Source of the DNA: Escherichia phage UFV-AREG1
Length of the DNA: 64,000 bases
Reading direction: 5' to 3' (one strand)
Sequence record: KX009778
Shown here in pieces: positions 1 to 6,673 of the stretch; position 1 is the stretch's first letter; each line of letters opens with the position of its first letter. The translations under genes and the position numbers were made by a program. The notes beneath the pieces are model-generated. The model saw only the letters and a program-made list of their open reading frames with translations, did no database searches and was not told the origin of the DNA.

Positions 1-278
1 TCACGTACGCGTTTACGATAATGTCTTCCTTGATACCAGTATCCTACCCAATTTACCGGTACTAATAAAAGTGGAACTACCAATGGAAGAATTAGCATTA
101 ACATAAGTATTTCGCCAGAATCAATATCAGTCATAACATCTAAAACACCTCCAATAATCAATAGAATTACAAATGATATGAGTATAACAGGACCTATTAA
201 CACATCAGTAGAAATTATCTGACGCTTTGATTCATACTTCAACGGTTTACTTGGAAGGTATAGTGATGGTTTTGACAT
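1..278 (-). CDS. Partial CDS (N-terminal 92 codons; 3' end lies beyond window start), predicted small membrane protein
   Basis: Minus-strand frame open from ATG at 278 to window edge, not in ORF track; translation MSKPSLYLPSKPLKYESKRQIISTDVLIGPVILISFVILLIIGGVLDV... has two hydrophobic helices; weak AAGGAA SD upstream. Confidence 0.35.
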   Translation of the reverse strand, partial: MSKPSLYLPSKPLKYESKRQIISTDVLIGPVILISFVILLIIGGVLDVMTDIDSGEILMLMLILPLVVPLLLVPVNWVGYWYQGRHYRKRVR

Positions 279-855
279 ATTCTCTACATTCCTTAACAAA
301 TTTTTCTAATAATAAATCGCTTTCAAAATTTGGATTTTCCACGAATTTATCAAAAAGATCATCAACAATAGTTAAGATATTCTTTTTACTAAGAATACGT
401 TTATTTTCATGCTTCGTTTCAGAATCAACTATAAGAGTAAAGAAATATTTCTTGCCCTGAAATTTTACCGTAGTATCAATATAGAATAAATTTGACTTTT
501 GTAAATTACGTTTAAACCATGCGTCACTTAAACTATAAACGCCAAGATAGTCATAATCGTCGTTTAAATAACAAACTGTCCATTCAGGAGAAATGAAATC
601 AGTAAATTCAACATCAAAATCACACGTCAATGAATGAATTGATTCAATACTGTTAATAAGTATTCCAGGACGTATTAAAGACTTTTTACCTCTGGAAAAT
701 CTTCCAGAAAGACTTTCATCAGTTTCATACGAAGAACCCCAATAATAATTACGTCCTTCTGCCATACGTTTAAGAGCATTTAGTAATTGGTCTGGAACAT
801 CAACCTGTCTTTGGAACTCTTCAAACATTGAATTGAAATCACTTTGCATTTTCAT
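247..855 (-). CDS. Hypothetical protein, 202 aa
   Basis: ORF with GGAG SD before ATG at 855; preceded by UUCG-tetraloop hairpin; no recognisable motif. Confidence 0.55.
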   Translation of the reverse strand: MKMQSDFNSMFEEFQRQVDVPDQLLNALKRMAEGRNYYWGSSYETDESLSGRFSRGKKSLIRPGILINSIESIHSLTCDFDVEFTDFISPEWTVCYLNDDYDYLGVYSLSDAWFKRNLQKSNLFYIDTTVKFQGKKYFFTLIVDSETKHENKRILSKKNILTIVDDLFDKFVENPNFESDLLLEKFVKECREYVKTITIPSK

Positions 856-896
856 TCCTATTTACTCCAAGTAATAGGAGCCGAAGCCCCTTATCA

Positions 897-1490
897 TTAT
901 TTCAGAGAATTAATATATTCCTGGACATCGGCAGAGGTGGTTTCAACCCCAGAAATATTGCCGTTAAAAGTTTCAACTCGAGCAAGGGTATCTTCAATAT
1001 CAACCTTAGTCAGTGCTGCAATTTCAACTACATCATCGGCAGTACTAATTCCAAGGGCATTTGCTGCACGAGTTTCACGGATATATTCCAATTTAACTGC
1101 AAGTTCTTGACGAGCATCATCTAACTCAACTACTTTCTTGGCGATTTCAATTCGCATTTCAGCATAACCGTCAGCTTTAGTAGTCAACTGCTCAGCTGTT
1201 CGACGATATAGTAAACCAAGTTTAGCATGCATTGTTACATCTTGACCTTCAGAAAGAAGTTTACGAATTTCACGCTCTTTTGATTCGGCCTGTCGATTCT
1301 TTTCGATAACAAGTTCACGAATACGTTTTTCTTCATTAATAGATTTAATAGAAGCAGTTTTTAGATCTTTAATTTTATCAAGTAGTTTTGCCGCTGCGGC
1401 AGTATACTGCTCTTCAACAGATAGATTTTTAGCCATAGCAGAACCAAGTTTAGTGCGAATAAACTCAACAATTTTCTTCAGCATGTTCAT
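897..1490 (-). CDS. Coiled-coil protein, 197 aa, possibly PspA/IM30-like
   Basis: ORF with AAGGAA SD; highly charged heptad-rich sequence ([27 protein letters not shown]...); family assignment unverified. Confidence 0.55.
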   Translation of the reverse strand: MNMLKKIVEFIRTKLGSAMAKNLSVEEQYTAAAAKLLDKIKDLKTASIKSINEEKRIRELVIEKNRQAESKEREIRKLLSEGQDVTMHAKLGLLYRRTAEQLTTKADGYAEMRIEIAKKVVELDDARQELAVKLEYIRETRAANALGISTADDVVEIAALTKVDIEDTLARVETFNGNISGVETTSADVQEYINSLK

Positions 1491-1535
1491 AGCATTTCCT
1501 TTAGTTAATTAAGGGTTTTATAATCCGTAGGAGTA

Positions 1536-1712
1536 TTATACTCCGGATAGTTTGTAAACTATTTCAACATCGCCTTTTGCTGCTTTATAACCTTCAGCCC
1601 AAGATATAACCGAGTTTTTATCTGAAGATTCAAATTCTGGCATTGGGCTTTCGCCAATGTTCACGCAGTATGTTTCTTCATTTTCGTCGAACCAAATAAT
1701 TAAAGTAGTCAT
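1536..1712 (-). CDS. Small hypothetical protein, 58 aa
   Basis: Below ORF-track cutoff; ATG at 1712 preceded by GGAGA SD; upstream promoter-like element with stem-loop (AACACC..GGTGTT) and TATTAT. Confidence 0.4.
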   Translation of the reverse strand: MTTLIIWFDENEETYCVNIGESPMPEFESSDKNSVISWAEGYKAAKGDVEIVYKLSGV

Positions 1713-1780
1713 TTATTTCTCCGTTTCTGTATTTGTTTTGATAAGTCTATAATAACACCGTCCTTGGTGTTTGTACACAA

Positions 1781-2044
1781 TTATTTCATATTATTGAAAT
1801 ATTCTTCTGCGATTTCGTCGTTATCATGGTAAACTTTAGAAGACAGTTTAACATAACCTTCTGCCGTGAACATATTAATCACAACCTTTACAGTATACCA
1901 CTGACCATCTTCATTACCCATTACTGCGTAAGTTTCAAACATCGGATGATCAGGACCGATAACTTTAATATCATTCACTGTACGACCAAAATCTTCTGAA
2001 ACACATTTCATAAAGAAGTTGAACAGTTCTCCGTAATTATCCAT
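1781..2044 (-). CDS. Hypothetical early protein, 87 aa (start moved to internal ATG)
   Basis: Track ORF 1781..2176 has an N-terminal extension across a promoter; ATG at 2044 has GGAGA SD and a GTTTACA-N17-TACTAT early promoter just upstream. Confidence 0.5.
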   Translation of the reverse strand: MDNYGELFNFFMKCVSEDFGRTVNDIKVIGPDHPMFETYAVMGNEDGQWYTVKVVINMFTAEGYVKLSSKVYHDNDEIAEEYFNNMK

Positions 2045-2088
2045 TTCATTCTCCAAGTTGTTTTTCTGTATCAGTAGTTGATAGTTGT

Positions 2089-2118
2089 ATAGTACCATGG
2101 AAGAATAGGGATGTAAAC
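2089..2118 (-). promoter_or_regulatory. T4-type early promoter (GTTTACA -35, 17-nt spacer, TACTAT -10)
   Basis: Minus-strand sequence GTTTACAtccctattcttccatggTACTAT immediately upstream of the 87-aa gene. Confidence 0.55.
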
Positions 2119-2229
2119 AGTTTTGTGAAAAATTTTTTAAAAAGTTTTGGGGGAATTCTAGGGCAGGGAGGGGCAATTAAAGGATAGGATAATATATTAT
2201 AAAGGATAGAAACTAAATGATGCCTAGAG

Positions 2230-2280
2230 AGGCCCGGAAAGGCCTAGATACCAAAAAGCCCCAACCTTTTGGTCGGGGCT
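2230..2280 (-). terminator. Tandem hairpins, intrinsic-terminator-like (minus strand)
   Basis: aggcc-cggaaa-ggcct hairpin followed by gccccaacc-tttt-ggtcggggc hairpin with U-run on the minus strand, downstream of the 2288..2761 gene. Confidence 0.5.
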
Positions 2281-2287
2281 AAGAATG

Positions 2288-2761
2288 TTATTTGATTTGT
2301 TTAGCAGACCAAATGCGGTCTTTAATAATTTTTTGGATGTCTTCAATATACTCAAGAGAGTGAGCATGTGGGTTATCTTTGAAACTATAAGCACGAGCTA
2401 GCTTTTGGCCTTCAGTTTTGATTACTAAAAGCTCTTTAAGGATAGCTTCATATTTGGAGATAATTCCTTTAACGATATTTTTCTCTTGTGTGACTTTAGG
2501 ATCTGCTTTAGGAGCAGGTTTACCTGAAGCCTTTGCAAAAGCAGCGCCAGTAGCAACTAAACTTTTCCAGGCCATACTAACAGCATTCCCCGTAAATCCT
2601 TCTGCTTTCATGTCGCGAGCAAATTGGAATCGTGATTCATCAGAAGCATCTTTATAAGAATATTTACCCGCGGCAATGGCAGCTTTTGCAACAGCTTGAA
2701 TTTCAGTGCTAGATGCTTCATTTAACACCGCTTCATTTAAAAATTGAGCATATGATTTCAT
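2288..2761 (-). CDS. Internal-protein-like protein with capsid-targeting-sequence-like N-terminus, 157 aa
   Basis: N-terminus MKSYAQFLNEA resembles the T-even CTS (MKTYQEFIxEA) with LxE gp21-type cleavage motif; late promoter TATAAATA upstream; flanked by terminator hairpins. Confidence 0.6.
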   Translation of the reverse strand: MKSYAQFLNEAVLNEASSTEIQAVAKAAIAAGKYSYKDASDESRFQFARDMKAEGFTGNAVSMAWKSLVATGAAFAKASGKPAPKADPKVTQEKNIVKGIISKYEAILKELLVIKTEGQKLARAYSFKDNPHAHSLEYIEDIQKIIKDRIWSAKQIK

Positions 2762-2797
2762 CTTATTTCCTGTTTTAATTCGTGGTTTTAATATACT

Positions 2798-2805
2798 TAT
2801 TTATA
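2798..2805 (-). promoter_or_regulatory. T4 late promoter core TATAAATA (minus strand)
   Basis: Exact TATAAATA on the minus strand about 37 nt upstream of ATG at 2761. Confidence 0.5.
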
Positions 2806-2836
2806 CTAAAAAGCCCCAACCTTTCGGTCGGGGCTA
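2806..2836 (-). terminator. Intrinsic terminator hairpin (minus strand)
   Basis: gccccaacc-tttc-ggtcggggc stem-loop followed by UUUUU on the minus strand; near-identical copy at 2251..2280. Confidence 0.55.
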
Positions 2837-2839
2837 AGC

Positions 2840-3122
2840 CTTGCGGCAACCTTGTCGGGGTTCCACCTGCTAAGGCAAGTGTTTGTACGAAACGCCGGGA
2901 TTCGAACCCGGTTATTAAGCAGTTGACGCTACTCAATATTTTTAAAAGGCCATATCTCGACCATATCCGAACGTTCCGTCAAAAACGCTACTCGGCTTAT
3001 GGCAAAGATATTTCCTCGAATCGATAATTCGGTGCGCCGTTTCTGCTGTGATGTAAGAGGGCATCAATAAACGCAAAGATTATTAACGCAATTCCTTACT
3101 CAGGGAACATCAGTCCGACGAC
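2840..3122 (-). ncRNA. Candidate structured small RNA region (tRNA-like T-arm; possible stable-RNA locus or tRNA remnant)
   Basis: About 280 bp with no credible ORF on either strand; minus strand carries CCGGGTTCGAATCCCGG (canonical T-stem/loop) at 2895..2911 with a possible acceptor pairing CGGAACG/CGTTTCG, but no complete cloverleaf; several local hairpins. Confidence 0.3.
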
Positions 3123-3677
3123 TTACCGGTAGCGACCCGGTTTCTCATTTGGTATTTCAAATTGTGTAGATTTAGTATCTAATTTTTTAACTATGGAACT
3201 TATGTCATGAAAGAAAAACCATTCGCCATTTATATGGTCCTGATTATAAATGCTGTGCATATATTTTTCAAGTTCTACTGCATCCTGGGAATATCTAAAT
3301 GATACTATTTTAAAACTTTTAAACGGTGAAAATGTATTTGCTGTTATAACTCTAACATCAGGTTCTATACTTCTTCCTATTTTATAATAATTAGGATTTG
3401 TAGTATCTACCATTATGTATACGAAAGCCTGTCGATAGCTTTTTTCTATATCAAATTCATCTTTAAATTTCAAAAGATTTAGGGCGGCAGTCCTACAAAA
3501 TACTTTCCATTTTGACAAGCGTTTAGCTTTAGTCATAGAAAAGAATTTTTTCTTATCTGTTATTTTAAGAAAAGCAACATTTTCAATTAGTTCTTGTGTT
3601 ATTTCAAAATTACCATGGTATATTAATCCAGCTTTTATAGCCAAATTAATTTGGTCCCAGTCTACATCACTTCTCAT
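3123..3677 (-). CDS. T5orf172 / GIY-YIG-like domain protein, 184 aa
   Basis: C-terminal half carries FVYIMVDTTNPNYYKIGRS ... R ... E..E..MH ... NGEWFFF, matching the GIY-YIG-like T5orf172 signature; N-terminal 85 aa unassigned. Confidence 0.6.
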   Translation of the reverse strand: MRSDVDWDQINLAIKAGLIYHGNFEITQELIENVAFLKITDKKKFFSMTKAKRLSKWKVFCRTAALNLLKFKDEFDIEKSYRQAFVYIMVDTTNPNYYKIGRSIEPDVRVITANTFSPFKSFKIVSFRYSQDAVELEKYMHSIYNQDHINGEWFFFHDISSIVKKLDTKSTQFEIPNEKPGRYR

Positions 3678-3698
3678 AATATTATTCTCTCAATAATT

Positions 3699-3775
3699 TG
3701 GCCAGGGTGAAAGGATTCTAACCTTTAACCTGCGGTTTAGAGGACCGCTACTCTATACAATTGAGTTACACCCCG
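3699..3775 (-). tRNA. tRNA-Arg (anticodon TCT), CCA encoded
   Basis: Manual cloverleaf: acceptor CGGGGTG/CACCCTG, D-stem ACTC/GAGT, anticodon stem GCGGT/ACCGC with loop CCTCTAA, T-arm AAAGG-TTAGAAT-CCTTT. Confidence 0.8.
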
Positions 3776-3901
3776 TAATTAGTTCACAGCAATACCTACT
3801 CCAACAATCAAGATGTCTTCACACGAAATTAAGAGAAAAGTGATCAGTTCAACCCTTATAATCGCGTCAAGTAGATATTAATGTGACAACTGTCACAAGT
3901 T

Positions 3902-3976
3902 TGGCGGACATGCATGGATTCGAACCATGGACCAATTGATTAACAGTCAACTGCTCTACCACTGAGCTACACATCC
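3902..3976 (-). tRNA. tRNA-Asn (anticodon GTT), CCA encoded
   Basis: Manual cloverleaf: acceptor GGATGTG/CATGTCC, D-arm GCTC-AGTGGTA-GAGC, anticodon loop CTGTTAA, T-arm CATGG-TTCGAAT-CCATG. Confidence 0.75.
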
Positions 3977-3980
3977 AAAT

Positions 3981-4067
3981 TGGTGGGGAGTGATGGAGTC
4001 GAACCACCCGAGTCGCAATGACAATGGATTTACAGTCCACACCGCTACCTCTACGGGATAACTCCCC
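3981..4067 (-). tRNA. tRNA-Tyr (anticodon GTA), type II with long variable arm, CCA encoded
   Basis: Acceptor GGGGAGT/ACTCCCC, anticodon stem GTGGA/TCCAT with loop CTGTAAA, long variable arm, T-arm GGTGG-TTCGACT-CCATC; D-arm pairing is irregular. Confidence 0.6.
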
Positions 4068-4076
4068 AAATTAATT

Positions 4077-4153
4077 TGGTGACCCAGACCAGATTTGAAC
4101 TGGTAACCTTTCCCTTATGAGGGGACTGCTGCTAACCATTGAGCTACAGGGCC
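4077..4153 (-). tRNA. tRNA with CAT anticodon (Ile-lysidine type or elongator Met), CCA encoded
   Basis: T-arm ACCAG-TTCAAAT-CTGGT, anticodon loop CTCATAA; acceptor stem has one mismatch and one G-U. Confidence 0.6.
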
Positions 4154-4154
4154 T

Positions 4155-4230
4155 TGGTGCTGATTGACGGAATCGAACCGCCGACATCCTCATTACAAGT
4201 GAGGTGCTCTACCTACTGAGCTAAATCAGC
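4155..4230 (-). tRNA. tRNA-Thr (anticodon TGT), CCA encoded
   Basis: Acceptor GCTGATT/AATCAGC, D-arm GCTC-AGTAGGTA-GAGC, anticodon stem CCTCA/TGAGG with loop CTTGTAA, T-arm GGCGG-TTCGATT-CCGTC. Confidence 0.8.
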
Positions 4231-4232
4231 AA

Positions 4233-4319
4233 CGGAGGCGATAGGATTTGAACCTATGAGTCGCCGGAGCGACTGCCGGTTTTCAAGACCGGTGCATTAA
4301 ACCACTCTGCCACGCCTCC
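4233..4319 (-). tRNA. tRNA-Ser (anticodon TGA), type II
   Basis: Acceptor GGAGGCG/CGCCTCC, anticodon stem CCGGT/ACCGG with loop CTTGAAA, long variable arm, T-arm ATAGG-TTCAAAT-CCTAT; no encoded CCA. Confidence 0.75.
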
Positions 4320-4321
4320 AG

Positions 4322-4395
4322 TCTCCATACAAGGATTTGAACCTTGGACCTCCTGATCCCAAATCAGGCGCTCTACCAAACTGAGCTACACGGAG
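4322..4395 (-). tRNA. tRNA-Pro (anticodon TGG)
   Basis: Acceptor CTCCGTG/TATGGAG (two G-U), D-arm GCTC-AGTTTGGTA-GAGC, anticodon stem CCTGA/TCAGG with loop TTTGGGA, T-arm CAAGG-TTCAAAT-CCTTG. Confidence 0.75.
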
Positions 4396-4405
4396 TAAAT
4401 TAAAT

Positions 4406-4479
<74 letters not shown>

Positions 4480-4485
4480 AAACTT

Positions 4486-4572
4486 TGGTACGAGAAGTGG
4501 GACTCGAACCCACAAGGAAATCATTCCGCAGCATTTTAAGTGCTGTGCCTTTACCAATTTGACCATTCTCGC
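4486..4572 (-). tRNA. tRNA-Leu (anticodon TAA), type II, CCA encoded
   Basis: Acceptor GCGAGAA/TTCTCGT, anticodon stem CAGCA/TGCTG with loop CTTAAAA, long variable arm, T-arm TGTGG-GTTCGAGTC-CCACT region. Confidence 0.75.
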
Positions 4573-4573
4573 G

Positions 4574-4646
4574 CTGGGAATAAAGGACTCGAACCTTTGC
4601 ATCTAGCAGTCAAAGTGCTATGCCTTACCAACTTGGCTAATTCCCA
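4574..4646 (-). tRNA. tRNA-Gln (anticodon TTG)
   Basis: Acceptor TGGGAAT/ATTCCCA, anticodon stem TAGCA/TGCTA with loop CTTTGAC, T-arm AAAGG-TTCGAGT-CCTTT. Confidence 0.75.
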
Positions 4647-4743
4647 ATTATTAACAAAGGCTCTCAGGAAAGAACCCTTGATGATAGAGGGTATTAATCA
4701 GTGCGGTATGAGTTAATAATAACAAATAATTCTTAAAGCATAT

Positions 4744-5031
4744 TTACCATTTATGATAATACATATTTACAATGCATTCAAGACCTAAAGGATTCTTGAA
4801 AATATCATATTCAAGAGGACCTTTTTCTGTTTCAATAAAGAAATCAAAATTTACTGTATTAAATTTACGGTCTTCCTTCACTAATTTAACTTGAGAAGAT
4901 GAACGGTCAACATAAACCTTTTCAACTTCAAAACATGTTAAAATGCCATAATCATCGATCAAGGCTTTAGCTGCTTCTTGATCATATTTATATCCATTTT
5001 CAATTGACGATACTTTAGCATAAAGAATCAT
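4744..5031 (-). CDS. Hypothetical protein, 95 aa (ip-locus accessory gene)
   Basis: ORF co-oriented and tightly packed downstream of the 5034..5423 gene; no recognisable motif. Confidence 0.5.
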   Translation of the reverse strand: MILYAKVSSIENGYKYDQEAAKALIDDYGILTCFEVEKVYVDRSSSQVKLVKEDRKFNTVNFDFFIETEKGPLEYDIFKNPLGLECIVNMYYHKW

Positions 5032-5033
5032 TA

Positions 5034-5423
5034 TCAGCCTTCATCAACAATAGTATGAGTGTGGGCATTTACAATTTGCCACCAATCAAAGCGATTATAA
5101 CCATACATCGGTTTGTTTTCATTTTCTTTGATAATATCACGGAGTTCATCTTCGGTAGCGGCTTTCGCGATTAAATCAGCATATCCACCACGAGGATAAT
5201 AATTATCACCTGCAAAAAGTAAAAAGTTCGGTTTAATATTATTGAACTCTTCAAGAGTAATAACTTTTCCTGTCGGTTGAACAATCTCTACATATTTATA
5301 TCCTAATTTTTGAGCAGCATCTACTGCTTCAAGCAAAGTATCATGAGCCCATCCAATTTGACAACCTGGCTTTTCAGATGGATTAGCCTGATAATCCGCG
5401 TACACTTTATACATTCTATTCAC
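5034..5423 (-). CDS. Hypothetical protein, 129 aa (ip-locus accessory gene)
   Basis: ORF overlapping the upstream small membrane-protein gene by 8 nt (likely coupled translation); no recognisable motif. Confidence 0.5.
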   Translation of the reverse strand: MNRMYKVYADYQANPSEKPGCQIGWAHDTLLEAVDAAQKLGYKYVEIVQPTGKVITLEEFNNIKPNFLLFAGDNYYPRGGYADLIAKAATEDELRDIIKENENKPMYGYNRFDWWQIVNAHTHTIVDEG

Positions 5424-5601
5424 CTTTAGAAATTTTATCCATAACGATAGCGATTAAACCAATTAAAAATGCTACTACAAGTGAAAACACATTTTCTGCT
5501 GTAGTTAATAATCCGCATATAAATCCAGCAAACATTGAAAAACTAAAAGCAGAAGCAGAAATTGCAATAGCAACATTTCGAATTAATTCACAACGTTTCA
5601 T
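5416..5601 (-). CDS. Small membrane protein, 61 aa (start moved to internal ATG)
   Basis: Track ORF 5416..5670 extends across a promoter cassette; ATG at 5601 has GAGGAG SD; two predicted TM helices (AIAISASAFSFSMFAGFICGLL, VFSLVVAFLIGLIAIVM). Confidence 0.5.
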   Translation of the reverse strand: MKRCELIRNVAIAISASAFSFSMFAGFICGLLTTAENVFSLVVAFLIGLIAIVMDKISKGE

Positions 5602-5629
5602 TTTATTCTCCTCAGTAGTTGATAGGGTA

Positions 5630-5659
5630 ATAGTATCACTACTAAAACCCAATGTAAAC
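5630..5659 (-). promoter_or_regulatory. Early-promoter/stem-loop cassette (PeSL-like): GTTTACA-N17-TACTAT
   Basis: Minus-strand GTTTACA and TACTAT hexamers 17 nt apart, followed by the conserved GAGGAGAATAAAATG ribosome-binding module. Confidence 0.55.
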
Positions 5660-5662
5660 AAT

Positions 5663-5887
5663 TTATTCAACGCCAGCGGCTTTCAAAAGTTTTTTAAGAT
5701 TGGCAACACCTTGAGCAGAAAATGTGACCTTGCCACCTTTTTCACTGATAGAACCAACCAATTTAGCAAGTTTATCATTAGGAATTTTTTTAAAATCAGC
5801 CAATGTTCCATCAAAGGTTTTTGAAACAAAAGGCAGTTCGTCTTCGCGTCTTTTAGCTTCTACAATAAATTCTTGATATGTTTTCAT
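5663..5887 (-). CDS. Internal-protein-like protein with CTS, 74 aa
   Basis: N-terminus MKTYQEFIVEA matches the T-even capsid-targeting sequence; own promoter cassette upstream. Confidence 0.65.
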   Translation of the reverse strand: MKTYQEFIVEAKRREDELPFVSKTFDGTLADFKKIPNDKLAKLVGSISEKGGKVTFSAQGVANLKKLLKAAGVE

Positions 5888-5915
5888 TTTATTCTCCTCA
5901 GTAGTTGATAGGGTA

Positions 5916-5945
5916 ATAGTATCACTACCCCATCTAAAAGTAAAC
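5916..5945 (-). promoter_or_regulatory. Early-promoter/stem-loop cassette (PeSL-like)
   Basis: Minus-strand GTTTAC -35, TACTAT -10 lying in the loop of a GGGTA/TACCC stem, then GAGGAG SD. Confidence 0.55.
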
Positions 5946-5955
5946 GGTTTATAAA

Positions 5956-6264
5956 CTATTTTATTCCGCGTGATGCAATTGTGTTCTGCCGTTTAACGCC
6001 AGTTTGTTTAAAGTCATGATTGTCGATTTGATCGGTACGAGCAACTCCGAATGATGATTTGATCTTAGCTTTAGATCCTTTAGTTATAGAAATAAACATC
6101 TCGGAAGCCCCTTTCTTAAAGTCCGAAGCGATTACTTCAACGCCGTTCTTAGCAAGTGACTTCAGAATTGCCTCTGCATACTCATCGTCAAGACTCGTCT
6201 GAGTATTAATAACGAATGTCTTTGGCGCAGCCGCTTCATTGATAAATTCTTTGAAAGTTTTCAT
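5956..6264 (-). CDS. Internal-protein-like protein with CTS, 102 aa
   Basis: N-terminus MKTFKEFINEA (CTS); own promoter cassette upstream. Confidence 0.65.
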   Translation of the reverse strand: MKTFKEFINEAAAPKTFVINTQTSLDDEYAEAILKSLAKNGVEVIASDFKKGASEMFISITKGSKAKIKSSFGVARTDQIDNHDFKQTGVKRQNTIASRGIK

Positions 6265-6294
6265 TTTATTTTCCTAATTAAGTTTGATGAGATA

Positions 6295-6324
6295 ATAGTA
6301 TCACAACCCTATTTAAAAGTAAAC
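6295..6324 (-). promoter_or_regulatory. Early-promoter/stem-loop cassette (PeSL-like)
   Basis: Minus-strand GTTTAC -35 overlapping the stop of the upstream gene, TACTAT -10, then AGGAAAATAAAATG. Confidence 0.5.
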
Positions 6325-6597
6325 TCATTTTAAATAAATTGCGTATTTTTTATAACCCGCTGACTCATGACGAAGACCCTTATCATTAGCAAAACGCTCA
6401 ATGTTGTTAATTTGATTCTGGTCAAGTTCAGAGATGTCAAACACGAAAAAGTTACGTTTGTTACCAACTGTTACATAGTCAGTTAAATCAATATCATATA
6501 GGTAATTGATGTCAGCAATCAAAGTCTTGACAGCTTTGCTAATTTTTACTTTTTCGTTAAAAGTAGCTTCATTGATAAATTCTTGATATGTTTTCAT
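6325..6597 (-). CDS. Internal-protein-like protein with CTS, 90 aa
   Basis: N-terminus MKTYQEFINEA (CTS); own promoter cassette upstream. Confidence 0.65.
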   Translation of the reverse strand: MKTYQEFINEATFNEKVKISKAVKTLIADINYLYDIDLTDYVTVGNKRNFFVFDISELDQNQINNIERFANDKGLRHESAGYKKYAIYLK

Positions 6598-6625
6598 TTT
6601 ATTCTCCTCAGTAGTTGATAGGGTA

Positions 6626-6655
6626 ATAATATCACAACTAAAACCCTATGTAAAT
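6626..6655 (-). promoter_or_regulatory. Early-promoter/stem-loop cassette (PeSL-like)
   Basis: Minus-strand ATTTACA -35, 17-nt spacer, TATTAT -10, then GAGGAGAATAAAATG. Confidence 0.5.
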
Positions 6656-6673
6656 AACTTTGTGAAAAATTTA

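Noticed and set aside
844-1110. 88-aa plus-strand ORF
   Set aside because: Overlaps the minus-strand 197-aa gene and the upstream hairpin; no SD; the minus-strand genes have the better coding signal and context.
2045-2176. N-terminal 44-aa extension of the 1781..2176 ORF
   Set aside because: The extension translates across an early promoter and hairpin; an internal ATG at 2044 has a proper SD. Similar extensions were trimmed for the 5416..5670, 7731..8483, 8494..9105, 33674 and 50152 ORFs.
2782-3027. 81-aa plus-strand ORF across the non-coding stretch
   Set aside because: Runs antisense through terminator hairpins and the tRNA-like T-arm, no RBS; the region looks RNA-structural rather than coding.
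2840-3122. A complete tRNA gene around the TTCGAATCC T-arm
   Set aside because: A D-arm and anticodon stem-loop of canonical size cannot be drawn; the distance between the putative acceptor halves (~91 nt) and the 12-nt loop of the only candidate anticodon helix do not fit a standard cloverleaf. Kept only as a low-confidence ncRNA candidate.
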